DNA of 16,010 bases from Octopus sinensis (GCF_006345805.1 NW_021825338.1:1-16010), one strand, 5' to 3'; counted from the first letter of the stretch, positions 1 through 9,615 are shown. Notes: generated by a model not told the origin, from the letters alone. Program-made: numbers and translations.

Positions 1-231
1 GCGTGGGCTTTTCTGGAACTGAAAGTGGATCGTAAAATTACCTGCCGGCGTGCATGGGTATATAATTTCATATACATGTATATTTGTATTTATGTGTATA
101 TTGATGTGTTCATATACATAAGAGTTTGGACATGTCCGTGTATGCATGGGCATATCCACACTCTAACATATACAAGGACATGTCCAAACTCTTACGTATA
201 TGAATACATCAATATACACATAAATAATATA

Positions 232-533
232 TGGTTAGGGCACCGAACTCGCGGTCGTAGGATCACGGTTTCGATTCCCAGACAGGGCGCTGTGAGTATT
301 TATTAAGCAAAAGCACCTAAAGTTCCCTGACGCTCCGGCACGGGGTGGTGGCAATCCCTGCTGTACTCTTTTGCCACAACTTTCTCTCGCTCTTTCTTCT
401 GTTGACCTGCTCGCTTAGCCAGAGGGGTGGCGTCATTTGAAGGCTAAAACAATGCGATGCGCATTGTGACCAGCGATATGTAGCAACATCTGAAGGCCTG
501 GTCGGTCACAGTGATCATGGTGATCACGGTGAT
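232..533 (+). mobile_element. tRNA-derived SINE (family B, octopus-type), nearly complete, with short tandem tail
   Basis: A-box-like TGGTTAGGG (232-240), B-box-like GGTTTCGATTCC (267-278), central CACCTAAAG...TTTCTCTCGCTCTTTCTTC block shared with 12950-13037, and a 9-bp tandem tail (CACAGTGAT CATGGTGAT CACGGTGAT, 507-533). Confidence 0.85.
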
Positions 534-1184
534 ATACATATATATACATGACAGGTTTCATAAGGCTTTGTGTCAACCCGTCGTTTTAATAGAATAGGTT
601 TTCCTAAGGTGCTGTGCAATAGCGTTAAACCCGTAACTACTTGACTGCGAAACGAACTTCTGAACCACACGATTCTCTCTATCCTTATACACAACCTGAT
701 ATAACTCAATACATCAGGTTCTAAATCTCATCTTGTTTACTTGGATTTTTACTATTGTTAGCTAAAAATAAAAAAGAAACGGTAATTTTACTTCAGTTAT
801 TACATTCTGTTTAATTAAATTATCTCAAGTACCTTGTTTTCCGAACGTTGGTTTTACTTTTAAGGTATCAGTAAGTATTACTCTGTTGATCATACTCATA
901 CAATTAACGCCACTGACAAGACACTTTATAGATTCAGCCATTACTATATTGGTCACGCCTGTCTTTCCATTTCATATGCTTCTCAGGAAGAAATCAATTA
1001 TTTTTGTTTGTTATCTTTCTTTTTTGTTTTCGTCCTCTGATCTTACGGAAAGACATTGTCATCTTAAATACATCAATGGGTCTAGGTGAAGTGTAATCGT
1101 TTGTTGACTGCAGCCATCAGTGAAGAAAGACAGAAAGAGAGAGGGAGAGAGTGGGGGAGATAATGATAAAACAGAAATAGAAAG

Positions 1185-1430
1185 CCAGTTTATATTAGTC
1201 ATTATTGAACATACATCACATATATTGGAATTGATGGAATTACCAAAGAAGCCTATAATATACACATAGATTAAACTTCCTCCACTACACTCATGCTCTC
1301 ATCTTGAATTACCGCAACCAATATATCCTAGATCAAATAACTCAATTCATTCCGTGTTTAGTATAGATCTAAATTAATTTAAGGGTTAAAAACCTTAGGG
1401 GTTACAAAGACATTGTAACAGATGAAAGGT
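1185..1430 (+). mobile_element. Possible highly decayed Penelope-like GIY-YIG endonuclease relic
   Basis: One frame reads PVYISHY*TYITYIGIDGITKEAYNIH (TYIG at 1218-1229), resembling Penelope VIY...TYIGLTEGTFKxRYNNH. A later frame gives KP*GLQRHCNR (~1389-1421), resembling KPY.G..KRCNLC. It has stops and frameshifts; matched by eye only. Confidence 0.4.
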
Positions 1431-1470
1431 TTAGAATTATGGCGCTGGATCAGCAAATATTTAGAGAGAA

Positions 1471-1597
1471 GGGTTTAATTGATCACATCGACCCCAGTCC
1501 GTCACTGGTACTTTATTTTATCTACTCCAAAAAGATAAAAGGCAAAGTTGAACTCGGCGGAAGTTGAACTCTGAGCGTAAAGTGTCAGAAGAAATAA
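1471..1597 (-). mobile_element. tRNA-derived SINE fragment (family A)
   Basis: ATCGACCCCAGT..CTGGTACTTTATTTTATC..AAAGGCAAAGTTGAACTCGGCGGAAGTTGAACTC aligns by eye with 11810-11905 and 13065-13145. The minus strand carries B-box-like GAGTTCAACTTCC. Confidence 0.8.
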
Positions 1598-1601
1598 AAG
1601 A

Positions 1602-1637
1602 ATAATAATAATAACAATAATAATGATAATAATGATG

Positions 1638-1695
<58 letters not shown>

Positions 1696-1701
1696 TAATA
1701 A
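1602..1701. repeat. (AAT)n microsatellite, probably the (TTA)n tail of the adjacent minus-strand SINE
   Basis: About 33 AAT units with a few AAC/GAT variants, abutting the 3' end of the SINE at 1702-1800. Confidence 0.9.
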
Positions 1702-1800
1702 TTCTTGTTAATTTTGGTACTATGATTTTAGTTGATTAGATCGACCCTGGTAATTGACGGGTACCTTATTTTATGCCCATAAGAAGGATGAAAGGCAGCG
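1702..1800 (-). mobile_element. SINE family A, 3' half (central domain plus tail)
   Basis: GATCGACCCTGG..GGTACCTTATTTTATG..AAGGATGAAAGGC matches the other family A copies. TTAATTTTGGTAC corresponds to AAATTTTGGTAC at 11763. Confidence 0.7.
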
Positions 1801-1952
1801 TTGCCAAATCATAAACATCAAAATAGCTGCGCTCAATTCTCTGCCAATGATATTGTGCTTCTTTCGCGCTCTTTCGTTCCGTCAAAGTTTCATGTGGTTA
1901 TCTCTGATGTTCAAGTAATTTTAACATATTTATGTCTTCCATATTCAACAAG

Positions 1953-2156
1953 CAAACACATATCGGTCAGTGACACAAACTGTGTTTGTAAGAATTATAT
2001 TCAAATATAGTCTAAAAAAATATTACCAGCAACTGACAACATTATTTTGTTGCGTAGATGGATGAATTAATAACAAGGGAAGGCACGGAACAGCAATTAA
2101 TTAAATTGTTAAACGAGGCATTAGAAAAAGAGCGACAAAAACAAGCAGAACAGTAA
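1953..2156 (+). CDS. Candidate spliced coding exons (1953-1987 and 2058-2152/2156) encoding a helical/coiled-coil-like peptide; product unknown
   Basis: GTAAGA donor at 1988, CTGAC branch site at 2033-2037, TTATTTTGTTGCGTAG acceptor ending 2057 (70-nt intron). Joined frame: NTYRSVTQTVF|MDELITREGTEQQLIKLLNEALEKERQKQAEQ. No homologue recognised. Confidence 0.35.
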
Positions 2157-2606
2157 CAAATAACAAGCAAATAGAATATGTTTTATAAACAAATAAATGT
2201 CTTAATATATTTACAGAAACCGACAGGGACAAACATTATATTAAATGGGATATTCGAGAAATATTACAGTTAATTGAACTCGATTTCTGTTGCATAATAA
2301 ATTATGTCCCACATCGTAATTTGTCACACAAGTAAAAACACTTGTAAAATAAATTAAATATTTTATCAAGAACAATTGGATAAATGACGTTGTCACTTTA
2401 TTTCAGTGTGAAACATTGATCTTTTGGTTTTTGGGTAATAAAATATCTTTGGATCAGGGTTGTACGTGGTCTGATCAATAAGTATCCTGAATGTTGACAT
2501 AGTAACGAGTCTAAAGCACCCAAAGTGAAGCCGCTTGGCACGGATTCACCTTGAACTCCCAAGTGCATGCGCACAAAGTTTTAACATACTCACTTCTGGA
2601 TTCTGG

Positions 2607-2850
2607 ATTTGGCGGACGGAAACTGAAAGAATCCCGTCGTTAAATATATAAAAGTATATTGATGTGTGTCTGCCTTTGTACCCGTGTCTATCCCCACACC
2701 ATCGCTTGACAACCGATATTAGTGTGTTTATATTCCCATAAATTAGGGGTTCCTCAAAAGAATACGTTCTGGGTTCGTTTTCTTTGACTAAACGACGGTG
2801 CTCCAAAATGGCCGCCGTCAAATGACTGAAACAAGTGAAAGAATAAAAGA

Positions 2851-2853
<3 letters not shown>
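2607..2853 (+). mobile_element. CORE-like SINE (family C, OR2-like), 5'-truncated body and tail
   Basis: GGATTTGGCGGACGGAAACTGAAAGAATCCCGTCGT at the start is complementary to ACGACAGGCTTCTCTCAATCTCCGT at ~14948. It ends GGTGCTCCAAAATGGCCGCCGTCAAATGACTGAAACAAGTGAAAGAATAAAAGAATA, followed by (CA)n(TA)n. The family name is from recall. Confidence 0.8.
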
Positions 2854-2854
<1 letters not shown>

Positions 2855-2924
<70 letters not shown>

Positions 2925-2925
2925 T
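2855..2925. repeat. (CA)n(TA)n compound microsatellite
   Basis: Perfect dinucleotide runs directly after the SINE tail. Confidence 0.95.
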
Positions 2926-2982
2926 TCGATGGGTGAATGAATTATTCTATGTTTACTGTTAACATGGAAAATTCAATGAACC

Positions 2983-2996
2983 GTTACCATGGTAGC
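2983..2996. promoter_or_regulatory. RFX X-box-like palindrome GTTACCATGGTAGC
   Basis: The minus strand reads GCTACC-AT-GGTAAC, matching the X-box consensus. CRE-like TCACGTCA follows at 3001-3008. No linked gene is shown. Confidence 0.35.
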
Positions 2997-3199
2997 AAAT
3001 TCACGTCAGAAACTCGGTTGAAGCGACCTATCCAAAGGTAGAAACTCCGGGTTAATGTGCAGTAATTTGTGTGTTACAGATGAATAAATAAATAAATGTG
3101 GTTGAACGAAGATGTTAATAAAATTCCTTTACTTTTGACATATGTTTCGAAGACAGCATGGTTTTATTCCAAAGGAAGAATGGTGTAAGATGCAATCTT

Positions 3200-3390
3200 G
3201 GCTGTGTGTTTGTTTGTGTGTCTGTCTGTATGTTTGTCTGTATGCCTGTGTGTCTGTCTGTGTGTCTGCTTGTCTGCCTGTCTGCCTGCTTCTCTGCCTG
3301 TCTATCTATCTACCTATCTATCTATCTGCAATGTATATGTATATATTTATGTTTGTGTGTGTGTGTCTGTTGTTTGCATACACACACAGT
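3200..3390. repeat. Degenerate (TGTC)/(TCTA)/(TG) microsatellite tract
   Basis: Directly visible low-complexity repeats. Confidence 0.9.
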
Positions 3391-3578
3391 GCTAGTTTAG
3401 GGTGATCAAAAAGATTATAACCTTTGGAGAACATTTGTTGAATAAAAGACATAAAGACCAGGCGAGGTCTAAATATTGTATTCGTAAGTCCTGCCGAGCG
3501 GTAATGGCTTGTCAAAACACCGTTTGACAAGCCGCTCTCATTGAAATTGCGATCACGGTCCCTATGTGCTTCTGTCGT

Positions 3579-3612
<34 letters not shown>

Positions 3613-3880
3613 GATGCTGAATATATCTTTGTATATATATGAATAATTATATATATATACAACACACACACACACGCATATATATATATATATATATATA
3701 TGATCTATACGAAAAGTTCCATGCTGCTTATAGCTTGTTATTATCTGCGTACTTATGGTAATGATGGGGAAGGATAAATATGAAGAGAGAGGAAGAAAGA
3801 CAGAAAGCAGAGACAGAAAGAAAGAGAGAGCGACAGAGAGAGAGAGAAAGAGAGAGCAAGAAAGAGTGGGAGAGAGAACG
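3579..3880. repeat. Microsatellite cluster: (CTA)n 3579-3612, (TA)/(CA) 3630-3702, GA-rich tract 3781-3880
   Basis: Directly visible tandem repeats. Confidence 0.9.
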
Positions 3881-4225
3881 AGCAAAATAAAACAAGTGAA
3901 AATTCTCGTTATGATGGAGTTTTCCTGATGTTGTATTTTTATTCAAGTGACAGCTTCACGTTGCCTTCAAGTTAAAAAATATCGGCTCTCTCTCCTTTGC
4001 TCCTTTGGTCAGCTACGCTGCAGCATTGAAATTATATATATTTTTATATTTAGTAGATCAGAAGTTAATAATCAAAGAAAACTACCAGTTATTCGGTGTC
4101 TTTCATTTTTTCCTTTTACCATGTTTCTTGCGAGTTGTGTCAGATTGTGCCTACAAACATAATACATCTCCATCTATAGCTCGAGCTGTACGTAGTTATA
4201 GACGAACATGTGCATATATCTACAG

Positions 4226-4326
4226 ATACACACACACACACAGAGGCACGCACGCACTCACACACACACATTCACAGACACCTTCAGACACACTCAGTCA
4301 CTTAGAAGTATATCAGTATGCGTATA

Positions 4327-4366
<40 letters not shown>

Positions 4367-4392
4367 CAAACACACACACACAGACTCACACG

Positions 4393-4427
<35 letters not shown>

Positions 4428-4575
4428 TATATAATATATATATATTGTATACGTGTTTGTGTGTATGTGTCTGTATATACATGTTTCTACGTATGTATAT
4501 TATCATATATAAATGCATATGCACGCACATACAAGTGCTCGTACACTCCCACACATACACACACACAGACAAACA
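4226..4575. repeat. (CA)n/(TA)n/(TG)n microsatellite cluster
   Basis: Directly visible; source of several spurious YIYI/HTHT ORFs. Confidence 0.95.
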
Positions 4576-5124
4576 CACCCATTCCATACCATACAAAGAT
4601 GATTACTGCCTAAGCAAGAAGAGAAACTATTTTAAGAGAGACAAGACATTTTTATAATTCACCAAATGAGATAAAAATCATATGCTGTAGATATAAAACA
4701 TTGCTGACCATCCTAATTGGAAGTACGTTACTAGAAAACTACTAGATTTTATAGTGTTCAACGCCAATGATCAGCTTAATATCAACCAACGAATCAGTGT
4801 ACAAATGTCTTCGTTAATCGAATTTACGTTCGTATATTGATCGGTTGCTTTCCCATTTTAAGAAATTGTTTGAAGTGTAATGTTAGTGCGAAGACCAGAA
4901 TTTCAGAAATTCTTAGTTTGGGAATAAGTTTTTTAGGTTAAGTTTTCTAAAGATGAGGATTTGTCGTTCTGTTGTCCGAGAGTTGTAAAAGAATGATTTT
5001 AGTCAGTGGGTTGTGGTTCTGAAGATATTGGTTTTAGTTCTGAGATTACGCGTGGAGAGAGTTCTTGTTGCTGTTGTTTATAAAAGACAAATATTTATAT
5101 TTATGTGTGTGTGATGTCTTTAAA

Positions 5125-5309
5125 CAATGCTCCGCAACCGTTTATCAATTGCGGTACACTTAAATTCTTTTCGAAATTCGGCGGCACACCTGAACTAAAA
5201 CTACAATTAAAGTAAAAGGAAAAATATTATATTCAGGTTACACTGCGGCACACCTAGCATCTCCAAGTGGCAGACCAGTGTGCCGCGGCATACCAGTTGC
5301 GGAGCACTG
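5125..5309. mobile_element. 185-bp non-autonomous hAT-type DNA transposon (MITE)
   Basis: 14-bp TIRs CAATGCTCCGCAAC (5125) and GTTGCGGAGCACTG (ending 5309), 13/14 complementary. Flanking 8-mers TCTTTAAA and TTTTAAAA match at 6/8 (decayed TSD). It holds six GCGGCACAC-like subterminal motifs. Confidence 0.8.
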
Positions 5310-5744
5310 TTTTAAAATATAGAATTGTCTACAAACTGTGGGATTTATTTAAGTCTGAACGCCACAAACCCTTTATTAAAAACACAACAGAAACATCCTT
5401 AAGAACTTTGAGTTAACTCTCTCTTTAACAATGAAGAGAGAAATGAAGAGAAAAAAAAGAGTAAGAAGAACGATATGTAGAAATGATAAGAGCAACGAAT
5501 TTATGAAGGAAATACAAGAATATCTTACAAAAATCATAAAACACTACGCAATAATACATGGCTTGAATGTTGGAGGAGCGAATCATAAAACGGATTCGAC
5601 CCGGGGGTATAATAACCCTTGGCCACGGTGCCAGGAAGTGGAAATGAACCGGAAACCATTTCAGTATAAAGCGATCTTCCTAATCACAAAGACATGCTTG
5701 CGTCTTTGGGCGTAGATAGGGCGGCACCAACACTTAACTGATAG

Positions 5745-5852
5745 GCGAAATGAAGAGTCTTGCTCAAAGACTCAAAATGCCTTCTACCCCATCCGAGAGT
5801 CGAACCTGCGAACCCAAGGTCGTGATCACAACAACCCTAAGCAGTACACCAC
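5745..5852 (-). mobile_element. tRNA-derived SINE head fragment (family B-like)
   Basis: The minus strand reads GTGGTGTACTGCTTAGGGTTG...GGTTCGACTCTCGG...GTCTTTGAGCAAGACTCTTCATTTC, with A/B-box-like motifs similar to the head at 232-312. Confidence 0.65.
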
Positions 5853-6149
5853 ATGAAAGTATGATAGTTATAACTGCATCCTCCATACTTTTTTTGCCAC
5901 CTACGGCAATGCGCGCGAATATTACACCTTGTGACCGCCATTTTATTACGGTCATGACGCCGAGAACGTTCTTGTACTGTGAACAGAAAAACTGATTTAG
6001 AAAATGCAATTGTTTATAACGGAACGTAATACAGAGGCATGGATATGCGAAAAATACTTGGTAAAAAAGATTAAAGTCAAACATAGATATGACTTTAATG
6101 TAGAAGGGTTCAAAGGAAAGCTAGATTCAATTTACTATGAGACACACAG

Positions 6150-6262
6150 AACACATAAATACACACACCATACACACAGGCGCGCACGTACATACGTAAT
6201 CACTTGTAGGCACACATACACGCGCATTTTATATATGTACGTTATGTACGCATAGACCCACG

Positions 6263-6315
<53 letters not shown>

Positions 6316-6339
6316 ATAGATAGATAAAAAATATATATA

Positions 6340-6371
<32 letters not shown>

Positions 6372-6628
6372 CTCAAACACAGATATACATAGACACTAGA
6401 TAGATATATGAATATATATATATTCCATGATTACAAATATATGTATGCATATATATATATATATATGCATATATGAAGTATGTAACATACAAATATGCAT
6501 TGCTCATTGCAAGTTCTACACTCGAATACGTTGCCACGCATGCATTTATTGACTCAGCCATTTCGTCTCATATATATTTGATGCGCATATATAAAACATA
6601 TATATATATTATATAATATATATAATAT

Positions 6629-6659
<31 letters not shown>

Positions 6660-6661
6660 TA

Positions 6662-6722
<61 letters not shown>

Positions 6723-6815
6723 ATATATACATATACATGCACATAGAGATCTACGTATAAACACACACGCTCATACATACATGCACACATGCATTCATAG
6801 ATACAAATACATATA
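6150..6815. repeat. (TA)n-dominated microsatellite cluster with (CA) parts
   Basis: Long TA runs at ~6267-6311, 6335-6371 and 6590-6717. Confidence 0.95.
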
Positions 6816-6973
6816 AATGTCAACACGAACCTATTTACAGCCTTGCGTATACACATATACACTTTGTCACAGACATGCAATGACACAAAAGCCTTTTCCA
6901 ATAAATGACTTCAAAAACGGGATGAGACGCTTTTATTGGACGTAGTCACACCAGGACGAAACTCTATCATGCT

Positions 6974-6974
6974 A

Positions 6975-7040
<66 letters not shown>

Positions 7041-7081
7041 GCTATCTATCTAGCTATGTTCATGCCCTATCTCTCTCCCTC

Positions 7082-7127
<46 letters not shown>

Positions 7128-7155
7128 TCTCTCTCTCTCCCTCTCTCTCTCTCTC
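6974..7155. repeat. (TCTA)n followed by (TC)n microsatellite
   Basis: Directly visible. Confidence 0.95.
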
Positions 7156-7419
7156 AATATATATTTATATCCGGCACCGTTTCTTTCCATCGTCTCTCAA
7201 CTTGGTGCTGTTTTATGTTTGGAACAAGTAATCACATTTATTATTGTTAATATTCTCCTTGTCTAGCGTCACACTTCTCACCTTTCCCTCAATAACAGTT
7301 TTCAATTGGATTTACTTGCTATAATAGAGCAAAGAGAAAGATCTCTCCGTAAAGGTTGGACGCAATCATTGTACCTAGCGCTAATCTGCCGACGATTGCG
7401 TCTGTATCTCTCTATATAA

Positions 7420-7614
7420 ACATACTCACACACTCCCACTTGCACACATACAGACATACACACACGCCACACACTCGCACACGTAAATATATGAGTGTAT
7501 ATATACATATATACATGCATGCTTATATATGTACATGTATCTATCTGCCTATCTATCTGTATGTCTTCTGTCTAACTATCTGTCTGTATGTATGTCTGCG
7601 TATCTATCTATCTA

Positions 7615-7652
<38 letters not shown>

Positions 7653-7657
7653 CTATC

Positions 7658-7696
<39 letters not shown>

Positions 7697-7718
7697 CTTT
7701 ATATTTATATATATATAG

Positions 7719-7758
<40 letters not shown>

Positions 7759-7762
7759 TATA
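7420..7762. repeat. (CA)/(TCTA)n/(TA)n microsatellite cluster upstream of the LINE fragment
   Basis: (TCTA)n at ~7540-7695 and (TA)n at ~7700-7762. Confidence 0.95.
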
Positions 7763-8146
7763 CTTGTGGCTATGACGGAAGAATGTATCTGGTGGACGCG
7801 CCTGAAAGTGTTAGAGTCACACACTTTCTTCTCTGGTCAATCTCTCATCAACTTCTTCAAGTATCACTTGAAAAGGAAAGTGAGAGTAGAGAGGCAACTT
7901 TTGTCTAGAGAATGTTTAAAAAATAATGGGTGAATGTAGCAAGGATGGCACGTAGGAATGCCGAAGCCACCTTTAGTATAATCCAATGAACCCGGAAAAA
8001 TTTAAAACAGAGAGTTACTTACTTGCAAATAAATGTGTTAACATGTGACATTATTGACTGAGGTTACCGTGGTCTTTTCCGTAGGCTTTTCTTTCCATGG
8101 ATAAATCTTATCTGCTTCCCCCTTTACACTTTATAACATGACATTT
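7763..8146 (+). mobile_element. L1/Tx1-clade LINE fragment (ORF2 C-terminus plus partial 3'UTR)
   Basis: Translates LVAMTEECIWWTRLKVLESHTFFSGQSLINFFKYHLKRKVRVERQLLSREC and aligns colinearly with ~11012-11397. Confidence 0.92.
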
Positions 8147-8248
8147 TTCCGGGTTCATGGTGGATTCGTCATTCATACGTGCCATGCTTGCTACATTCAC
8201 CCATCTTGTTTTGAAACATTCGCTAGATAAAACTTGCTTCTCTACTCT
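8143..8248 (-). mobile_element. Inverted fragment of the same Tx1-like LINE
   Basis: The reverse complement AGAGTAGAGAAGCAAGTTTTATCTAGCGAATG...GACGAATCCACCATGAACCCGGAAAAAT matches 7883-8001 and ~11131-11248, with a 14-nt internal deletion. Confidence 0.92.
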
Positions 8249-8254
8249 ATAGAA

Positions 8255-8272
8255 AGATCGGTGGATAGCTGA

Positions 8273-8353
<81 letters not shown>

Positions 8354-8426
8354 ATTGTAGGAAGATCAATACAGACAGATAGACAGATAGATAAGTTGAT
8401 AGATAGTTAAATAGATAGATAGACAG

Positions 8427-8468
<42 letters not shown>

Positions 8469-8532
8469 TGAGAGAGAGAAATGAGAGAGATAAATAAATA
8501 AATAGTCAGATCGGGGGATAGCTGAATAAATT

Positions 8533-8606
<74 letters not shown>

Positions 8607-8680
8607 CAGAAAGGTAGGAAGATCAAGAGGCAGGCAGACAAACTGACAGACAGACAGCTAGCTAAATAGATTGATAGATA
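8255..8680. repeat. (GATA)n/(GA)n tract containing a ~255-bp higher-order duplication
   Basis: (GATA)n 8274-8352 and 8534-8605, (GA)n 8430-8464. Unique spacers AGATCGG(T/G)GGATAGCTGAATA (8255, 8508) and GTAGGAAGATCAA (8357, 8614) each occur twice. Confidence 0.85.
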
Positions 8681-9329
8681 TTTGAAATGCAAGAAAAGAA
8701 CATAGAGTACCAATGACTGAGGAAGCCTAAAAACCACAACACAATCTTCAAAGAGTAATAACCAAATTCTTCTAATTAGAATAGCTATACTTTGATCTGC
8801 AATCCGATTGATTCCATTGATAAATGATGACATTCTATAAATATGATAATAGGAATGGTAAATTTGATTTCAACAATTCTGTGTCGTTTGATTGTTTGTT
8901 TTTAATTCTTCATCTTTATTCATTTCAGTGCATTTAGATCAGTTTCGTATATTTGTTATTGTTGTCCGTACTATGGTGGTGTGTTTAGTGTGAGTGTGTA
9001 TGTGTGTGTGTGTTTATGCCTTTTGTTTATAGCTACGTATGGTGTGTGTTTGCGAAGGAGAAGGAGAAGAAGAGAGAGAAAATATATGCAGAGTGTTCAT
9101 GTACGTGCATGTGAATGTTGGTTCATTGCATAGTTCTTAAAAAAAGCTATAGAAAATGATTGGTGGTGGTGGTGGTGGGGGGGAGAACTGTAGAGGGGTT
9201 AGGGAAAAGACAGACAGAGAATAAGTTCAGAAGATACAAAAGGACGGTGGTACACAACACGCACGCACACACACACACATACACAAACTACTCCCTCACG
9301 ATTGCACCAACACAGACACTCATTCGCAC

Positions 9330-9615
9330 ACACACACACATCGAGGACGAACGAAAGAAAATTTGATTCATAGAGGTAAAGGATGGAAATAAATTCGGTA
9401 GCAAGTATAGAGCGATTAAAGAGAGAGAACGAGAAAGAAAAAAGGAGAGACTGAAAGAGGAAAGAGGAGAGAAGGAATGACAAAAAAGGGATGGAGAGAA
9501 ACAAGGGAGAGTAGTGGGAGAAAGGGTGAAAGGGAGAAAATCAAAGAGAGGAATGTGTGAGGAAGAAGTGTGAGAAAAGCGAGAGAGAAAAAGGTGTGAA
9601 ATAAAGAGAGTGGGA
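9330..9615. repeat. Purine-rich (GA) low-complexity tract
   Basis: Strong A/G bias on the plus strand. Confidence 0.8.

Noticed and set aside
232-290. tRNA genes at A/B-box motifs (also 5790-5852, 11890-11978, 13130-13219, 15010-15081)
   Set aside because: No convincing cloverleaf; each runs into a SINE body.
693-720. 8-bp stem AACCTGAT/ATCAGGTT
   Set aside because: Too short to exceed chance.
4960-5075. Minus-strand peptide QQELSPRVISELKPISSEPQPTD* after a possible acceptor
   Set aside because: Short, weak acceptor and no recognisable homology.
5431-5715. 94-aa ORF MKREMKRKKRVRR...
   Set aside because: No recognisable domain or splice context, and it sits in A-rich sequence next to a SINE fragment. 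One ORF of this length is plausible by chance.
5895-5970. CpG-rich patch with YY1-like CCGCCATTTT (5935-5944)
   Set aside because: A single short motif with no exon or other promoter support.
6070-6099. 10-bp hairpin ATTAAAGTCA/TGACTTTAAT
   Set aside because: AT-rich, with no supporting context; roughly one such stem is expected by chance in a window this size.
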